DNA of 64,000 nucleotides from Batkoa obscura (Eukaryota): NCBI GenBank assembly GCA_030770535.1, contig JASVEC010000018.1, positions 868,001 to 932,000 of the forward strand, read 5' to 3'. Shown piece by piece: positions 38,695 to 51,900 of this stretch (position 1 is its first letter; each line of letters starts with the position of its first letter). The notes under the pieces were generated by a model. It saw only the letters and a program-made list of their open reading frames with translations, ran no database searches and was not told where the DNA came from. The position numbers and the translations under genes were made by a program.

Positions 38695-41003
38695 ATGAAT
38701 CCAGAGAAAGAGATTCAATATAAAATTCAGGATAGGTCGACATTTAAAACAGATTTAGAAGTGCATTTTGATAAGATTTACATAAACGGGAGCTCAAAAT
38801 TTTATATAATAGTAATTAAAATATCGCATTAACTATGTAGTTGAATTGAGTTAATATTTAGGAAAGATACATAACACAAACTCAAAAAGAGGATCGAGGC
38901 TTGAAAAATAAAAACAAAGTATGGGATCTGAACTATTTATTATTTAACAAGGATGAAATAAAAGACATTGGACGAACTAGTATTAAAACCGGAAAATCTA
39001 GTAAGTAAAAGTTTCGTAATTTATACCTCTTATTTTAATTATATAGATTTATTCTTGTATGGACTTCAAGAAAACAATGGATTAATTTACAGTAATGTAA
39101 TATCACCTTATGGGCTGTTATCTGATGATAGGTATTTTCATACGATTAGATTCCATTAATTTTTATTAAACCTTGTTAGTGTTCTATATTTGACTATACT
39201 GACTGACTTCAGAGTAATCTTATACAAGTTAGAAACAAACTTTATGTATCAAAAAGAATTATACAAGGTAATTTTACTCTTTCATTCAATTTTTTTTACT
39301 AATTGTCTGGGCAAGATTTTGGATTTCACTTCGATTATTTATGAATTTTTGAATGATGAGTTTGCTGGTTCGCTTGAAAACGATTTAAACATGCTAAGAT
39401 GCAATGGTAAAAATTTAACTTCATGAATCATTTAATCTAATCAAACAAGCTTCTGCCTGGTCTAAATTGCTCAATGGTAGAATGGCACTTATAGCTTTAG
39501 GATCAAAGAATAGGTATACAACCATTTGGAGGTAAACTATTATTTTTATAACCATATAAATTTTTACGTTTTTAAGTGTATTAGATGGTAAACTAACATT
39601 TTTAAAATTTGTTAAAATAAATGAAGATGAAATAACTAATTTATCGTTCTCCCCATGGTATAAAGATGGGGAAAAAGGTAATTTGATCATTTGTATATGT
39701 ATTGATGGTTAAACGTTAGTTAGATCATTGTTATCTTTTAATATGCCATGCAAAAGGATTCGTTAGGATTGATATTGAAGCTCCCACAATTCCTACTAAA
39801 AAATTGGAGGATATTACATCTGTTGATTACTATCCAAAATCTGAATTGGAATATAAAATTGAAGCAAATCCTCAAGAATATAATATTGATTACATAACCT
39901 CATTGAATTGGAGCTCAGAATTTCAACATGAACCAACATTGTTACTAGCGAAACTTGGGAAATTATATTTATTTCAGTTTAAGAATAATTTAGAAATCAA
40001 CATTGATGAAGAGAATTTGTTACCAATTTTAGGTAATATCTAGCTTTTATTTAAGTTTTTCTTTTATAAAAAATTAGGTTTCGAGTTCTTAACTGAAAAT
40101 ACGTTGAATTATGTGACGTTAAATGGATCTTATCATCAAATTAAATTGGAATATGAGAACAATAGCCCTATTTCTTTAAGCCCGATACCTTGTGATATTA
40201 ACTTGATCAGGAATTTTATTGAAGTGAAAGAAGGTCATTTTTTAAGGATTTTTGATATGAAGCTATCCAAAAATCAACAGGCATTGGCTATTTGCTATGA
40301 GATTAAAAAATTGGGTATTATACACATTATAGATAAAGAAGACAATTATGATATATTAGTTATTAACTTAAACAAAATTGGCGTTAAAGAACAATTATAT
40401 TCAAAATTAGATCAATTGGATTCTGGTAACAAAATTAAATTTAAACTTATATCAAAAATTAATTTTTATATAGATTTGAAAATTGGGCCTTTCTATTCTA
40501 TATGTGATTTTTTTTGGAATAATAAGACTGAAATCATAGAGTATATAAAGGATTATTCTGATAAAGCGTTGAAAAGCAAAAATCAAACTAAAATACTTCG
40601 ATTTGGACAATTAATATATTCCCTATATAAAATATATAATCAAAATAAAGAAGAAGCAAAATCATGGTATGTCGTGCTAAAACTAATGTACCTAGAGCAC
40701 TTGATATCCCAAAAAGGACATATCAATAATCAGTTCATACAAAATATGGAAATAGACATAAATTCTAGTCTATATACCAAACTTGATTTAAAATCCAGGT
40801 TAGAAAAAGTAAAAAATATGAGCCGAGAAAGCAAATTAGAAAAATGTCCAATATGTGATTCTATAAAATGTCAACATTTATTTTTGAAATGCAAATTTAG
40901 CCTGAAGCCTATAACTAGTAGCAAATATTTCAAATGCGTAATATGTAACTCAGCCTTTTTATCTATGGGAACCTGTTGGACTTGCGGATCAATGGTTTCT
41001 TAA
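38695..41003 (+). CDS. Transcription factor IIIC delta/90-kDa subunit-like (Sfc9/GTF3C4 family), multi-exon; exon boundaries approximate
   Basis: SPYGLLSDDRCSILTILTD, AWSK...IALGSKN...TIW, ITNLSFSPW WD-like blocks; C-terminal EKCPIC...C.H...KC...SL.PI...KC.IC...CWTCG zinc-finger region. Confidence 0.7.
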
Positions 41004-42615
41004 TTTCGAACCATTCGAGATTTTCGCTTCTTTCTCTTCTAATTTTGCTTCTTCCTCTTCAAGTTTTATCTCCTCCTCTTCTATCTTTATTTTTTTTTTT
41101 TTGTTTTCTTCTAATTGATTCCACAATTTATCGTCTTCATTTTCTGATTCGATTGTGTCCGCTTCCTCTTCTAAAAATAAATTAGTTATAGATCATTATT
41201 CATTGTTATTATATACCTTTTACTAAAAAGCATGAGGCTGTCTATGAAAACATTTACTATAATTTTTACTGATATTACAAATTAAACTACCTGTTTTATA
41301 TAAATTTTTTGAATTACTGTATGATCTTTTGCATGATGTAAATAAAGATTTCTATCAATCGTAAGAGAAAAAATTATATTATTCTGACAACTTAATTGAG
41401 CTACTGTTGCAGAAAATCCACCATAACTTGCAATTTGACGGCCAGAAGCATTTATAACTTTTACATTACCAGTATTTGTGGAAACAAAGTAGCCGCTAAA
41501 AATTATGAGCTTATAAATTATAAAACATAGCTGTTTCATTACTTTTCATCTTCATTTAAAAATACTTTTTGGCATGGTCCCTCAGATATCTGGAAATCAT
41601 ATACAGGCCTTCTCTTTTTTTTGATATGATACTCTCTTAACTAAACCGGTAAGCATATGTAGCACTATAATATTTTAAACTTACTTGTCCATAATGTGTA
41701 ACAATAGCGACTTTGTAGCCTTGTTCTGTATCTTTATAAAATCTTAAATCATTGATACAAACTTTAACTCTTAAATCTAGTTTGTCGTGAGGTACCTAAA
41801 GGCCAATTAGTGGTAAAAATAAAATACGATAAAGCTTACATTCTTGGCTATGAATATTTGATTTGGCCCTTCAGGCTTATGTTCCCATACTTGAAGTTCT
41901 ATTTCGTCCCCACCCGTGGCAAAAGCAACCTTTTCTTTATCAGCATGTCCTCTAAATACTTTTAATCTATCTTTAATATCGGTTTTAAATAATTGGTAAC
42001 TCTTTATTTCAGCTTCAAGGTCCTATGTTATAATTTAGTATAAATCAGTCAAATTAGTGAATTTACTTTATTTAATTTAATTTGATACAATGTTCCGTTT
42101 GATTTACATGCTAAAAGAAATCTTATATAGAGATTAGAATATTTTAATAAAAAAATATTATTACTTTTTGAAGCAAACCATCCCTATCCATTTTGTTTTT
42201 TCATCATTTTTAGAATCCTCTTTATCAAACTCGATCGAGTTAAAAACATATTTAGGCTCAAATTCCTCATTATCAGTTAGTTCTATAGTGAGATCTTTCC
42301 TTGCAATCCAGATCTAAAATTTATAAGTAGGTTGTTCTTCTTATTGTATATTTGAGTACCATTTCATTATCAGTTTCGTCTATTATATTCTCTTCTAAAA
42401 TTTGGACCTCCTTTGTTTTTTCTACTTTTCCTTTTGTTGACATTGTAACATTGGTTTGTCTGTGTTGAAACATTTGCTTTTTAACCAAATATTTTTCAGC
42501 GACTAGCTTTGATTTAGGTATTTGTATAACTAACACATTAGTTTGAGCTTCTGTAATATACACTACCCTAGTTACCTCTAATTAATCCAGTATTGTGCCC
42601 TACAATTATTTTCAT
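40989..42615 (-). CDS. NSA1: Ribosome biogenesis WD40 protein Nsa1/WDR74, multi-exon
   Basis: MKIIVGHNTGLIR start, FATGGDE, AKNVPHDKLDLRV, THYGQLREY...RRPV, STNTGNV, TIDRNLYLH, KIYIKQ, acidic DDKLW tail. Confidence 0.85.
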
Positions 42616-43236
42616 TTTTTATAAATCAAAGAAAGTTAGTTTTATTCTTTTCTCAAGCTTTATTTTTCGAAATTTGGATAACTTATTTGAAATTTGATTT
42701 GAGAATTAATATAAAACTGACCATCTTAAATCTTTATTCAAACAAATGTTTTTATGTATCTAAAATTTCATGTTTATGTTCTTTAATAGAGATTTAACGA
42801 AGGATATTTAATTCATAAGAACTAGAATAAGAACCATTTGAAAGTATGTCTTTTTAAAAAATGAAATATTATCATTTAGAAATCCAGCCCTTATGAAATC
42901 AAAGCAAAGGACTTTATTTTGTGTAATACACTTGATTAATACCATTATACTGAAAGCTAGCATCAAGGGCTCTTTGTCTTTCAGGCTCAAAAAGAAGTGC
43001 TTAAACTTCACTAGTAATTGCCTCATTACTATTGATAGAAGTTCTTTACAAACGTAGGTACGAAACCTTTACTATTAAGTCTAAAGTGTTGTAACTTTTA
43101 TAATATTTATATAATTACATTATATTTAAGTAGCTATTAACTTCCTTTTGGATACCAAAAATAGTAGGGTTTATTTTAATCATAAATTTTACTTAAGAAA
43201 CTCAGCTAGCTGTATAATCCTTATGGTTTAGAATAC

Positions 43237-43330
43237 GGGGATGTATTTTCGTGTTTAAGAATTTACTAACAATCTTTCCACTCAAACAACGCTTAAAAGA
43301 TGGAAAAGTAATGAAACCAAAAAAATCCTC
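43237..43330 (+). mobile_element. MITE copy
   Basis: GGGGATGT...ATCCTC. Confidence 0.85.
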
Positions 43331-43722
43331 ATATCACCAAAATTAAATATGGAAAGTTTAAAATGAGCAAAAAATTTTGAAATGGGATTTGTTGATAATT
43401 TGAAGATAATGAGGACCTCAAAATCTGCACGCTAAACGAGCACCGAAAATAAATGATTAGATAATGTAACTGAATTAACATAAATCATACCTTACGTATA
43501 ATGTCATTGTAAAGAATGATATTATTGCTACTTATTTTTTGGTAGTAATTAAGACTCATTTGCTAGAAACAAGCAAGCAAACTTTAGCTTGCTATATAAT
43601 CGAAAAATACATTCGGACATATATTTTGTTCAAACATATATGCAACTAAAAATAAAAGTAATAGAGCTCAGATACACGTAAATATCAAAGGCAGTAAATT
43701 TAGCCACAATCAAATAAAATAT

Positions 43723-43820
43723 GGGAGTGTTTTTTTTGACTTCATTACTTTTTCTATCCTTTAACTATCATTTGTGTGGAAAGATTGTTAGTAAATTCTT
43801 AAACACAAAGATACATCCTC
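43723..43820 (-). mobile_element. MITE copy
   Basis: ATAT TSD, family core. Confidence 0.9.
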
Positions 43821-44300
43821 ATATTTTTGAAAAGCTTAAGGGGTGGTATATCTAAGAGAATTTGAGTTCCTTAACCTTAAGTACTGTGCTTTTATTATTT
43901 TATAACACTTTAATGGATATAAGTTAAGTAAAGCCAGTTTATACTTATTAAAAGTGTATATGGCTTTTTGCATCATAATACTGGATCATGTGATGCTATA
44001 TTTCATCGAAAATTATGATGATGGCTTTAAAATTAGTTCATGGTATGCGTAAGCTATATTCTATAGCTCAATATAACATTAGGACCTTCTGAAATTTAAG
44101 TATTTTAGCGAATTTGAACTATAAATATAGAGAGCTAAAGAATAGTAGCCTGATTAATGTTCTTATTTAAATTTACTAGTTGCTATATTCCTCATCAAAT
44201 TTGATTGGGTATAGTACTATCTCAATAATAAAATAATATAAATAGAAAGCTTATGTAACAATCTCAAACTATTTTATAACATAAATTTTATACTTACCTA

Positions 44301-44705
44301 ATGATATATAATATCCAGACTCAAAGAAACAATAAAATAAAGTATACCCTTCCGATAGCAAGTATACATCAACCTGAACTAATAAAGCTAAACAAAAGTG
44401 GAGAAACTGAACTTATGTGTCCATATGAACAAAAGAAAGTCACAACTGAGCTAACGATTGATCGCAATATCGAAACTAAATTAATAATAGGATTTCTTTA
44501 TTACCAAACATTTCCAATATTTTTCTACAATACCAACAACTATCCAGAAAGTCTTACGCAGTTTATTTTGATCTTGATTTATTTTTTCTTTCCTGTGGTA
44601 ATATTATCTTGGTTAGCCCTTTGGGATATGAGAGAGATACATGTCTGTTCCTCCTGCTATAAAAATATAGCAGTATACTCTAAACACTCAAACTATTTTA
44701 TTTAA
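44301..44705 (+). CDS. LITAF-like zinc-ribbon membrane protein (divergent)
   Basis: QPEL...CPYE...VTT, hydrophobic insert, EIHVCSSC. Confidence 0.7.
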   Translation: MIYNIQTQRNNKIKYTLPIASIHQPELIKLNKSGETELMCPYEQKKVTTELTIDRNIETKLIIGFLYYQTFPIFFYNTNNYPESLTQFILILIYFFFPVVILSWLALWDMREIHVCSSCYKNIAVYSKHSNYFI

Positions 44706-45537
44706 TTTTTATTACGTTTATTTTGATTAATAAATTTAAGCACATTTAATTGATTTGGTATCAAATCATCAAATGATAGTTATATAAAAGCTAACGCTTT
44801 CTTTTAAGAAGCATAGATAACTATAATGAAACTAATATAAACAATGTGTTTTTATACATCAAATGCTAAGCTTTACATTATATTCTTTTTGATAAATATG
44901 GCTATAAAATTTTGTTTACTGACAACATTTATGTAGTCATTAAAATTTAAATACATGTGATTATATTCGATTAAAACCACATTTCGGTCAGTATATGGTG
45001 TATTTTTGTGTTTATTTTGGTTTAATAAATTTTTAAAATATTTTCAATGAAGAACCTATTTTTATGGTGAAAAATGTTTCTTTCTAATCATTTTTAAGAT
45101 AAATCCATATCTTTAAACTCACCCCTATTACCAAACATAACCCAAATATTAAAGTAGCGTTTTGAATTATATTTGGTATAGCATCTTAGTCTAAAAATCA
45201 GTATAAAATAGTCAATTCTTTAAAATTGGCCTATAAAAGTTAAACCCAATTGACTTTTTGACTTGAACTTGCTGTTTTGAAAAAAGTTGTATTAATTTCT
45301 TTATCAAAATATAATGCTGCTATATAAACATAGCTGATATAGCTTTTTTTGTAAAATTCCTGACTATTTGTTTAAAAAAAAATCATATCGAAGTTTATCC
45401 AAAGTATAAGCGCTAGTTAAGGTAGACTACAAATTATTTAACTATAAAACTTATCACTGATTACTTCACAATAAAGCTGTAACGATTGCTATTTTGTTTT
45501 AATTAAAAATAAGTTATTGGTTGCAACGATAAGCATT

Positions 45538-45637
45538 AGGGGTGTATTTTTTGGTTTCATTGCTTTTTCCACTTTTTAAGCGTTATTTAGGTGGAAAAAC
45601 TTGCTAGTAAAATTTTTAAACAAAAAAATACATTCCC
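45538..45637 (-). mobile_element. MITE copy (partial or degenerate copies also near 45755-45800 and 46098-46195)
   Basis: Family core and ATACATTCCC end. Confidence 0.8.
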
Positions 45638-47390
45638 ATTTATTATACTTAAAACTTTATTGCAGCAAAATAAATGAATTGTACCAGTTCTATACCCTTG
45701 CGGGATTGGGCTTACTAAAAAAAGCAAATTATGTAATGGCCTTGTATAAACCATATATGTGTATTTTTTTAAAGAATTTTACTAGCAATTTTCCACTCAA
45801 ATATTTAAACTTAATTTTTTATGCTGTTGTATTTTTCTTTATTGTAAACATAGACAATGTCAGTCATTAATACTAAGGTAGTAAGGTACAATAGTTTTAA
45901 AATATTGAGATTAATTTAAAATGTTTAAAAATGCTGTATTTCTTATTAGTATAAAGTTTTAGAATAAAGAATAAGCATTTGAAAATAATATCATATCAAT
46001 TAAAGCATTACCAATAAATTTTTAATCTCTTTCAAAAATAATTTAAAACTATACCTAATTGAATATTAAAAAACTAAACTTCCGTTATAAATTAGAACTG
46101 GTTGCTGTTTTCTTGTTTCTGAATTTTATTAATGATTTTTCCACTCAATAGCGCTCAAAAAATGAAAAAAAATAGAACTAGAAAATACGTGCTCATTTGG
46201 CAAAGTGAGAGCTTAAAGATAAACTGTTGTTATTGTTATTCTTTTTCAATTAATATTTGTACACTATTATATTTATTTTGATTTTATTACTAAAAGCTCA
46301 AAATAACAATAAATAAAATTCACTGCACATGGACATTTTATTGTTAACTTTATTAAATTAACACTTTAAAAGGCTGACTAATTTATATAAACAATTAAGC
46401 TGTTAGAAGCTTTTAATAGCTTTAGTTGTAATCTTCATAAGAGATCCCATGTTTAATTTTAAAACAAAGATTAAAAATTAGATATGAAATTTGAATCGAT
46501 AATTAGTAGTTTTTATTATAATAATAAAAATATTATTTATATGATATTCATTAAAATAAAAGTTGTAATAAGATCATAACTAATTTTGTTATTGTTCTTT
46601 TTGTTTTTTTATAACTTCTAAGTTGATTTAAGTTTTTACAAATTTAAAAATTCATATAAAATTATTTTAATGAAAATAATGAAATTTTCATTAAAGCTTT
46701 TAAATTAACATCTAATTGGAATTTAAGATGGTGTTTGAATTAATGGTTATAACTCCTGCTATAATTCAGAAACTAATATATTTAATATAAAATTTAAAAA
46801 TAGCAATTTATTTATGATAGCTATAGTTCATACTTATATAAAGCAGGCCTATTAAAATCAAATTTACCTTATAACTAAATTAAATAGAACAATAAAATAA
46901 TAAAATCTTTATATTTAATTTAAGCACTAAAAAAACGTCAAATAAAGTGTTTAAAAATAGATTAAGCAATATGATTAAAATTAAGAACTTAGATGGCACA
47001 TTTTTCTCCTTATTTTTCTCTTTAATCTTTTCTCAGCTTAGTTTATTAATTCTTGTTTTAATCCTTTCATAGAATCTAGTAAATATTAGAAAATACTAAG
47101 AGCAATACAAGAATACTGTACTACTGGAAAGATATTTATATAATGTCTATTTATAGCTCAAATAATTAAAAACATTTACTTATGTCCAACAATGGCAGAA
47201 TTTAAAAATAGATTAATTCATATTCTTATGCGCAATTACTTAAAAGTTTATTGAAGTGTGTCCATTACCATTTTAATCAGTACATATTATTACAAAATTC
47301 TAAAAATAAGTTTAATAAAGTTTTCATGAGCAGTATATAAGCTTCATAATTACACACTAATTTTTTTACCTTTATCAATCTTAAACAATA

Positions 47391-47888
47391 ATGTACAAAA
47401 TCGTTACTTCCGTAATTGCCGCTCTTTTAGTTTCCTCCAGCTTAGCTTTAGACTGGTCCCACAAATGTGATGTTGTTGATGGAAGAGTCAAAGGAGCCAA
47501 TGGTAAAGACCAATATGTTTTCACCTGCAAATGTACCTCTGACTACTTTGGAAGAAAAGTAGAATTATCTTGCGGAGGTACTACTGACACTAAACAATCT
47601 AGCTGTCAATCTGATTTTGCTTACTCCCAAGATAAATGGGTCAATGCTATTGTAAGAAAATGTTCAGCTGATTCCGTTGTTATCGATACTTATGTTAACC
47701 GTGGTACTACTGAGCATTACGAGTTTCCTCTTACTTGCCAATACCAAGCTTACAGTAGAGTTTGCCATGGTGAAAAAATTCTCCAACAAACTACTTCAAC
47801 TCAAACCACTCCAGCTACCTCAACTCATAGTGTTCCAGTTACCACCTCCAAAAAACCAAAATGCACTGGTAAACACTACAAATATTAA
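47391..47888 (+). CDS. Small secreted Cys-rich protein with Thr-rich tail (165 aa), function unknown
   Basis: Signal peptide (…SSSLA), 9 Cys, TATATAAG upstream at ~47334, higher GC than flanks. Confidence 0.85.
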   Translation: MYKIVTSVIAALLVSSSLALDWSHKCDVVDGRVKGANGKDQYVFTCKCTSDYFGRKVELSCGGTTDTKQSSCQSDFAYSQDKWVNAIVRKCSADSVVIDTYVNRGTTEHYEFPLTCQYQAYSRVCHGEKILQQTTSTQTTPATSTHSVPVTTSKKPKCTGKHYKY

Positions 47889-48007
47889 ATAATTGTAATA
47901 TCATTTAATTTGAATAATCTCGGTGTTTTTTTATTTTAAAGTTAATAAACGATTAAACTAAAGCTTTATCATTATTAAACCCCTGTTTATAAATTTTATA
48001 ACAAAAT

Positions 48008-48251
48008 GGGGATATATTTTTGTTTAAGAATTTTGCTAACAAATTTTCCGCTTAAATAGCACTTAAAAAATGGAAAAAATAATGAAGTTAAAAAAGACAT
48101 TCCCAAATGCTATTCAACCTTGACCTTAGTCATGATAAATTGAACAAAATTTGGGGATGTACTTTTTTGTTTAAGAATTCTACTAACAATCTTTCCGCTC
48201 AAATAGCGATTAAAAAATGGAAAAAGTAATGGAATCAAAAAAAACACCACC
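48008..48251 (+). mobile_element. Two tandem MITE copies (48008-48104 with AAAT TSD; 48153-48251)
   Basis: Both start GGGGAT and carry the family core. Confidence 0.9.
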
Positions 48252-49073
48252 GTTTGTTACTTTCAAAGACACTTTGGAGCCTAAAAGGGGTATAGAATCA
48301 ACATCAAACAAATCAAAAGTGATAAACGTCCTGTTATAACCAAATGTAATTTAAAATTCATCTACAATCATCAGCGATATGCTATTGAGAAACGTAGTAA
48401 TAGTCAATATTTATAAAATTACTACTCTAGTGTTAAAAAAACATACATAGCATATGAGATGTTTGTAGCCTTACTTCTCTATTGAATAAGAAGTAGTCAA
48501 ACCTTATTTTTTACAACTATAAGCTTATGATATACTTGGGGTTCTATTTGAGATAGGCTATATTGACTATAGTAACCTGATGAGTTTGAGCTTTGAATCA
48601 ACTAGCCTTCATAATAATGACAGTAGTAAAGGGTATCAGTAAAATATTTTAGAAAGCAGTTCGATCAGCATTCAAGCCACAATGTATGGTATAGCTATAT
48701 GAATCAATTCGGGCCCATTTCATACATCTCTCTATAATTTATCAAGATAAAAGCAGTACTGATACTCTTTATCTTTAAATAATATAAAGTTTTTTAATTA
48801 TCTAACGATGCCAAAAAAAATTAAAAAGAGATAAATCCACCTTAACTACTTAAAATAGAAAAGATTCATTAAAATCTTTTTGTCAATGGAAATTAAATTT
48901 TAGCTAAAAATTAATTTCCTTTAAACAACAGTCTTAAAAAGTTTGAAGTTAAAACAATAAAATACTAAAAAAATTATAATTATGATTTAGTCTCATTTAT
49001 CTCTTTTTCTTACTTTTTATTATTATTTAAGCATATTAAACTTTCTTTTTGATTTTGAATTCCATTTTGAACT

Positions 49074-50477
49074 ATGCTAAAAGGAAATTCTTCCAGCACC
49101 GTAAGTCCAAAAATTAATTCTTTACGAGAGCAGGAGGGCACCAGCTCACGTAGAAATAGCCTTAGAAAAAAGCTATCTATCAACTCTTTATATAAACCAT
49201 TTCAATGGCTAGGAACCAGGAGGAACAGTTTAAGCGGGTGGATCGATGACCTAAATTCCAAGCCGGAAAAATCGAGGAAGGATAGCTTATTCATTAGTGT
49301 TAAGGATGGTGAGGATGAGTCGCCTATATTCGATTCAAAGGTTTTAGAAGCATCGCCTATCCCTACATTAAAAGAGATACCTGAGGTACCTGTAATTGAC
49401 AATGTTGACATGGGTACCGATTTTTTTATTGAAGTGACCAAAGCAGCGAACCAAAAGCTGGATGATGGCTATGTAATACCCCTTCAATCCAAGGTACCTT
49501 CCCCGCTATGTGAAATTGATCCAACGGTCGCAAAGACTTTAAATGAGCAAGGCAGAGCCTTTTTACAGTCTCCAGATCCAATCACTACCCAATTTCCAAC
49601 AGAAGTGATCAAACGCCAAAAAAGTTGTGAAATGTTGACTATGCCTTTAATTGGTATCTTAAAGAAGAGTATGGAAGATGATTTAAAGCAAGAAACTGAT
49701 GACAACCCAAAACTAAGACCATCAATACCAAAGAAAAGCAGCAAACGTCGATTAAATAAAAGCAAAAGTTTGTTTGATGTAAAGATACCAAGCGGCGTTT
49801 TTTCTCCTTTTTCACCAAGCCCTAAGCTTGATAAAGGCAAAACATCTCCAGAAGAGTCAGTTACTGAAACAGAAATAACTGCAACTCCAATTGAAGTTCA
49901 AGAGGAATCCAGATTATCGAACGAAACTATCAGACTGGTTGAAAAGCCCATTTTTGATATCCAAAGGCAGAGTTTTTACTCAATGAATGATACTGAGGGT
50001 CCTTATTTCAAAGCCTATAACGAAGACTTTATTTGTGGACCAATGACATCCGATTTATATACAATTTTAGATTTCCAATTTGATGATTTATCCTTAGAAT
50101 CTTTTGATAATGTAAGTGTCAAAGATAATCCTGACTTAAAGTCCCTAAGCACTGGAAAGATTCACAACGATATTCTGAGTGATATCAGTAGCCAAAGTAG
50201 TGCAACTGAAAAATTACTCTTAGAATCCGCTTTAGAAACTCAACCTAAAAACTTTAATTGGCGGGCCTCCCTATTTGAAGCTGAACTTAATAAATCCATT
50301 TTGTTTGCTCCAACCACCCCAGATCTAAATTATCTACCTGATCGCTTTAAATTCCGCCAATACAGAGAAGCTAAACTAAATGAATTGAATCGAAGTTTAA
50401 CTTTAGGCACTACCCCTACATCTTTAATTCCGCCTCCAATGACTACCCTATCTTCATTCTCCAAATTTTTTACATGA
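49074..50477 (+). CDS. Hypothetical 467-aa Ser/Pro-rich, probably disordered protein
   Basis: Long intronless ORF with raised GC; several RRxS motifs; no domain recognised. Confidence 0.8.
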   Translation: MLKGNSSSTVSPKINSLREQEGTSSRRNSLRKKLSINSLYKPFQWLGTRRNSLSGWIDDLNSKPEKSRKDSLFISVKDGEDESPIFDSKVLEASPIPTLKEIPEVPVIDNVDMGTDFFIEVTKAANQKLDDGYVIPLQSKVPSPLCEIDPTVAKTLNEQGRAFLQSPDPITTQFPTEVIKRQKSCEMLTMPLIGILKKSMEDDLKQETDDNPKLRPSIPKKSSKRRLNKSKSLFDVKIPSGVFSPFSPSPKLDKGKTSPEESVTETEITATPIEVQEESRLSNETIRLVEKPIFDIQRQSFYSMNDTEGPYFKAYNEDFICGPMTSDLYTILDFQFDDLSLESFDNVSVKDNPDLKSLSTGKIHNDILSDISSQSSATEKLLLESALETQPKNFNWRASLFEAELNKSILFAPTTPDLNYLPDRFKFRQYREAKLNELNRSLTLGTTPTSLIPPPMTTLSSFSKFFT

Positions 50478-50554
50478 TATTTAAATAAAATTTATTTTAA
50501 CGTTACAAGCAATTCATATAAATTTAATTCAAAATAACCTCAATATTAATCAAA

Positions 50555-51036
50555 ACTATATATAAGATTGCCTTCGTTTGGATACATTTAGTTCCTGAAT
50601 CACACTTAAGATAGACTTAAGAACTTTGAGAGAAGGTCCAGAACCCATTGTCAAGTTGATCGTAGTACAAGGCGCTCTTCTTACACTAATAACCGTCATT
50701 ATCTACATTAAGCTCATCTTTATATGCCCCTAATGGAATTCTAAAAGATGCTACACCATTGGATAAGACATAGGGATGTTTTTTTTGATTTCATCACTTT
50801 TTCCATTCTTTGAGCACTATTTAAACCGAAAGATTGTTGGTAAAACTATTAAACCAAAAAATACATCTCCAGATATTTGAGAGCAGATGCACTGCTTAAG
50901 CCTGGAGTTTCCTAGTTTTAGCAATGTTGCTTTTGCTCTTTTGGATGATAGATTTGATGTCCTTTAAAACAAATCCAATACTGGCATTAAGAAAGTAGAT
51001 GGAGGCAGATAATAAATGGATAGCTCGAAACTTCAT
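50555..51036 (-). pseudogene. Pseudogene paralogue of the CBM19-like gene at 52466-52852, disrupted by stops and a MITE
   Basis: Collinear nucleotide similarity (TTTATATGCCCCTAA, TTGGATGAT..ATTTGA, CATTTAGTTCC). Confidence 0.85.
50772..50870 (-). mobile_element. MITE inserted in the CBM19-like pseudogene
   Basis: Flanks ACAT/AGAT; the intact paralogue has a single ATAT at this position. Confidence 0.9.
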
Positions 51037-51359
51037 ATTTTAAAAGAGTATATTTTTTGTTATAATATCGGAGTAACATGGTTTGTTTTAAATAATTTAT
51101 TGATAAGTTTTTCTATGTTTATATCTTTTTTACTAAAAAACTAAATGGTATTAATTCCGATAACAGATTTTTTTCTATTAAGTTCTAATATTTTGCACCT
51201 TCTTATTATTCAATGATTACACCATCAGATAGTCTAATTTTATTGGGAGTTGTTTTACAAAACCCTAAAAGGTTACCAGAATGAAAAATCAATAACATTA
51301 GATTACAAAAATACTAAAAAATATCCAGGAGCTTATTTTTAACTTTTAAGTTTAATAAT

Positions 51360-51457
51360 GGGGCTGTTTTTTTGGCTTCATTACTTTTTCCATCTTTTAA
51401 GTACTATTTGGGTGGAAAAATTGTTAGTAAAATTATTAAATACAGAAATACATCTCC
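51360..51457 (-). mobile_element. MITE copy
   Basis: GGGGCTGT...ACATCTCC. Confidence 0.85.
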
Positions 51458-51900
51458 AATATTAGATTTTCATTTTTTTATTATAAATAAATTGTTAATA
51501 GATTACTTATTATTCAATTTTTGTTCAAAAAATCAGTCTATTATAATATAACATCTTAATCAAATTGATAAATTTATTAACATCACTTTATTTACTTTAT
51601 ATATTAAATTTATTTTACTTATATAAGCCAAGACTTACTATTTGCACCTTATCAATTAATCTAAAACACTTTTTAAGTTTAATTATAAACGTTAAATTTT
51701 ATAATAAATAAAAAAATAATACATAATAATTGAGCAAACTATGTAAAATAAATAGAAAAACAATTTATGTTATTAATAAATTATACAAAAAATTAATAAA
51801 CAATAAATATAATTAAAAGGTAAAATTTCTATAACAAATTTAAAAAAACTTTAGATTAATTGTATATGAATTTATGAAAGTATTTAATTTTAACAGTAAA

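Noticed and set aside
42808..43026. 72-aa minus-strand ORF upstream of NSA1
   Set aside because: No recognisable motif or splice support; NSA1 already has its own start at 42615.
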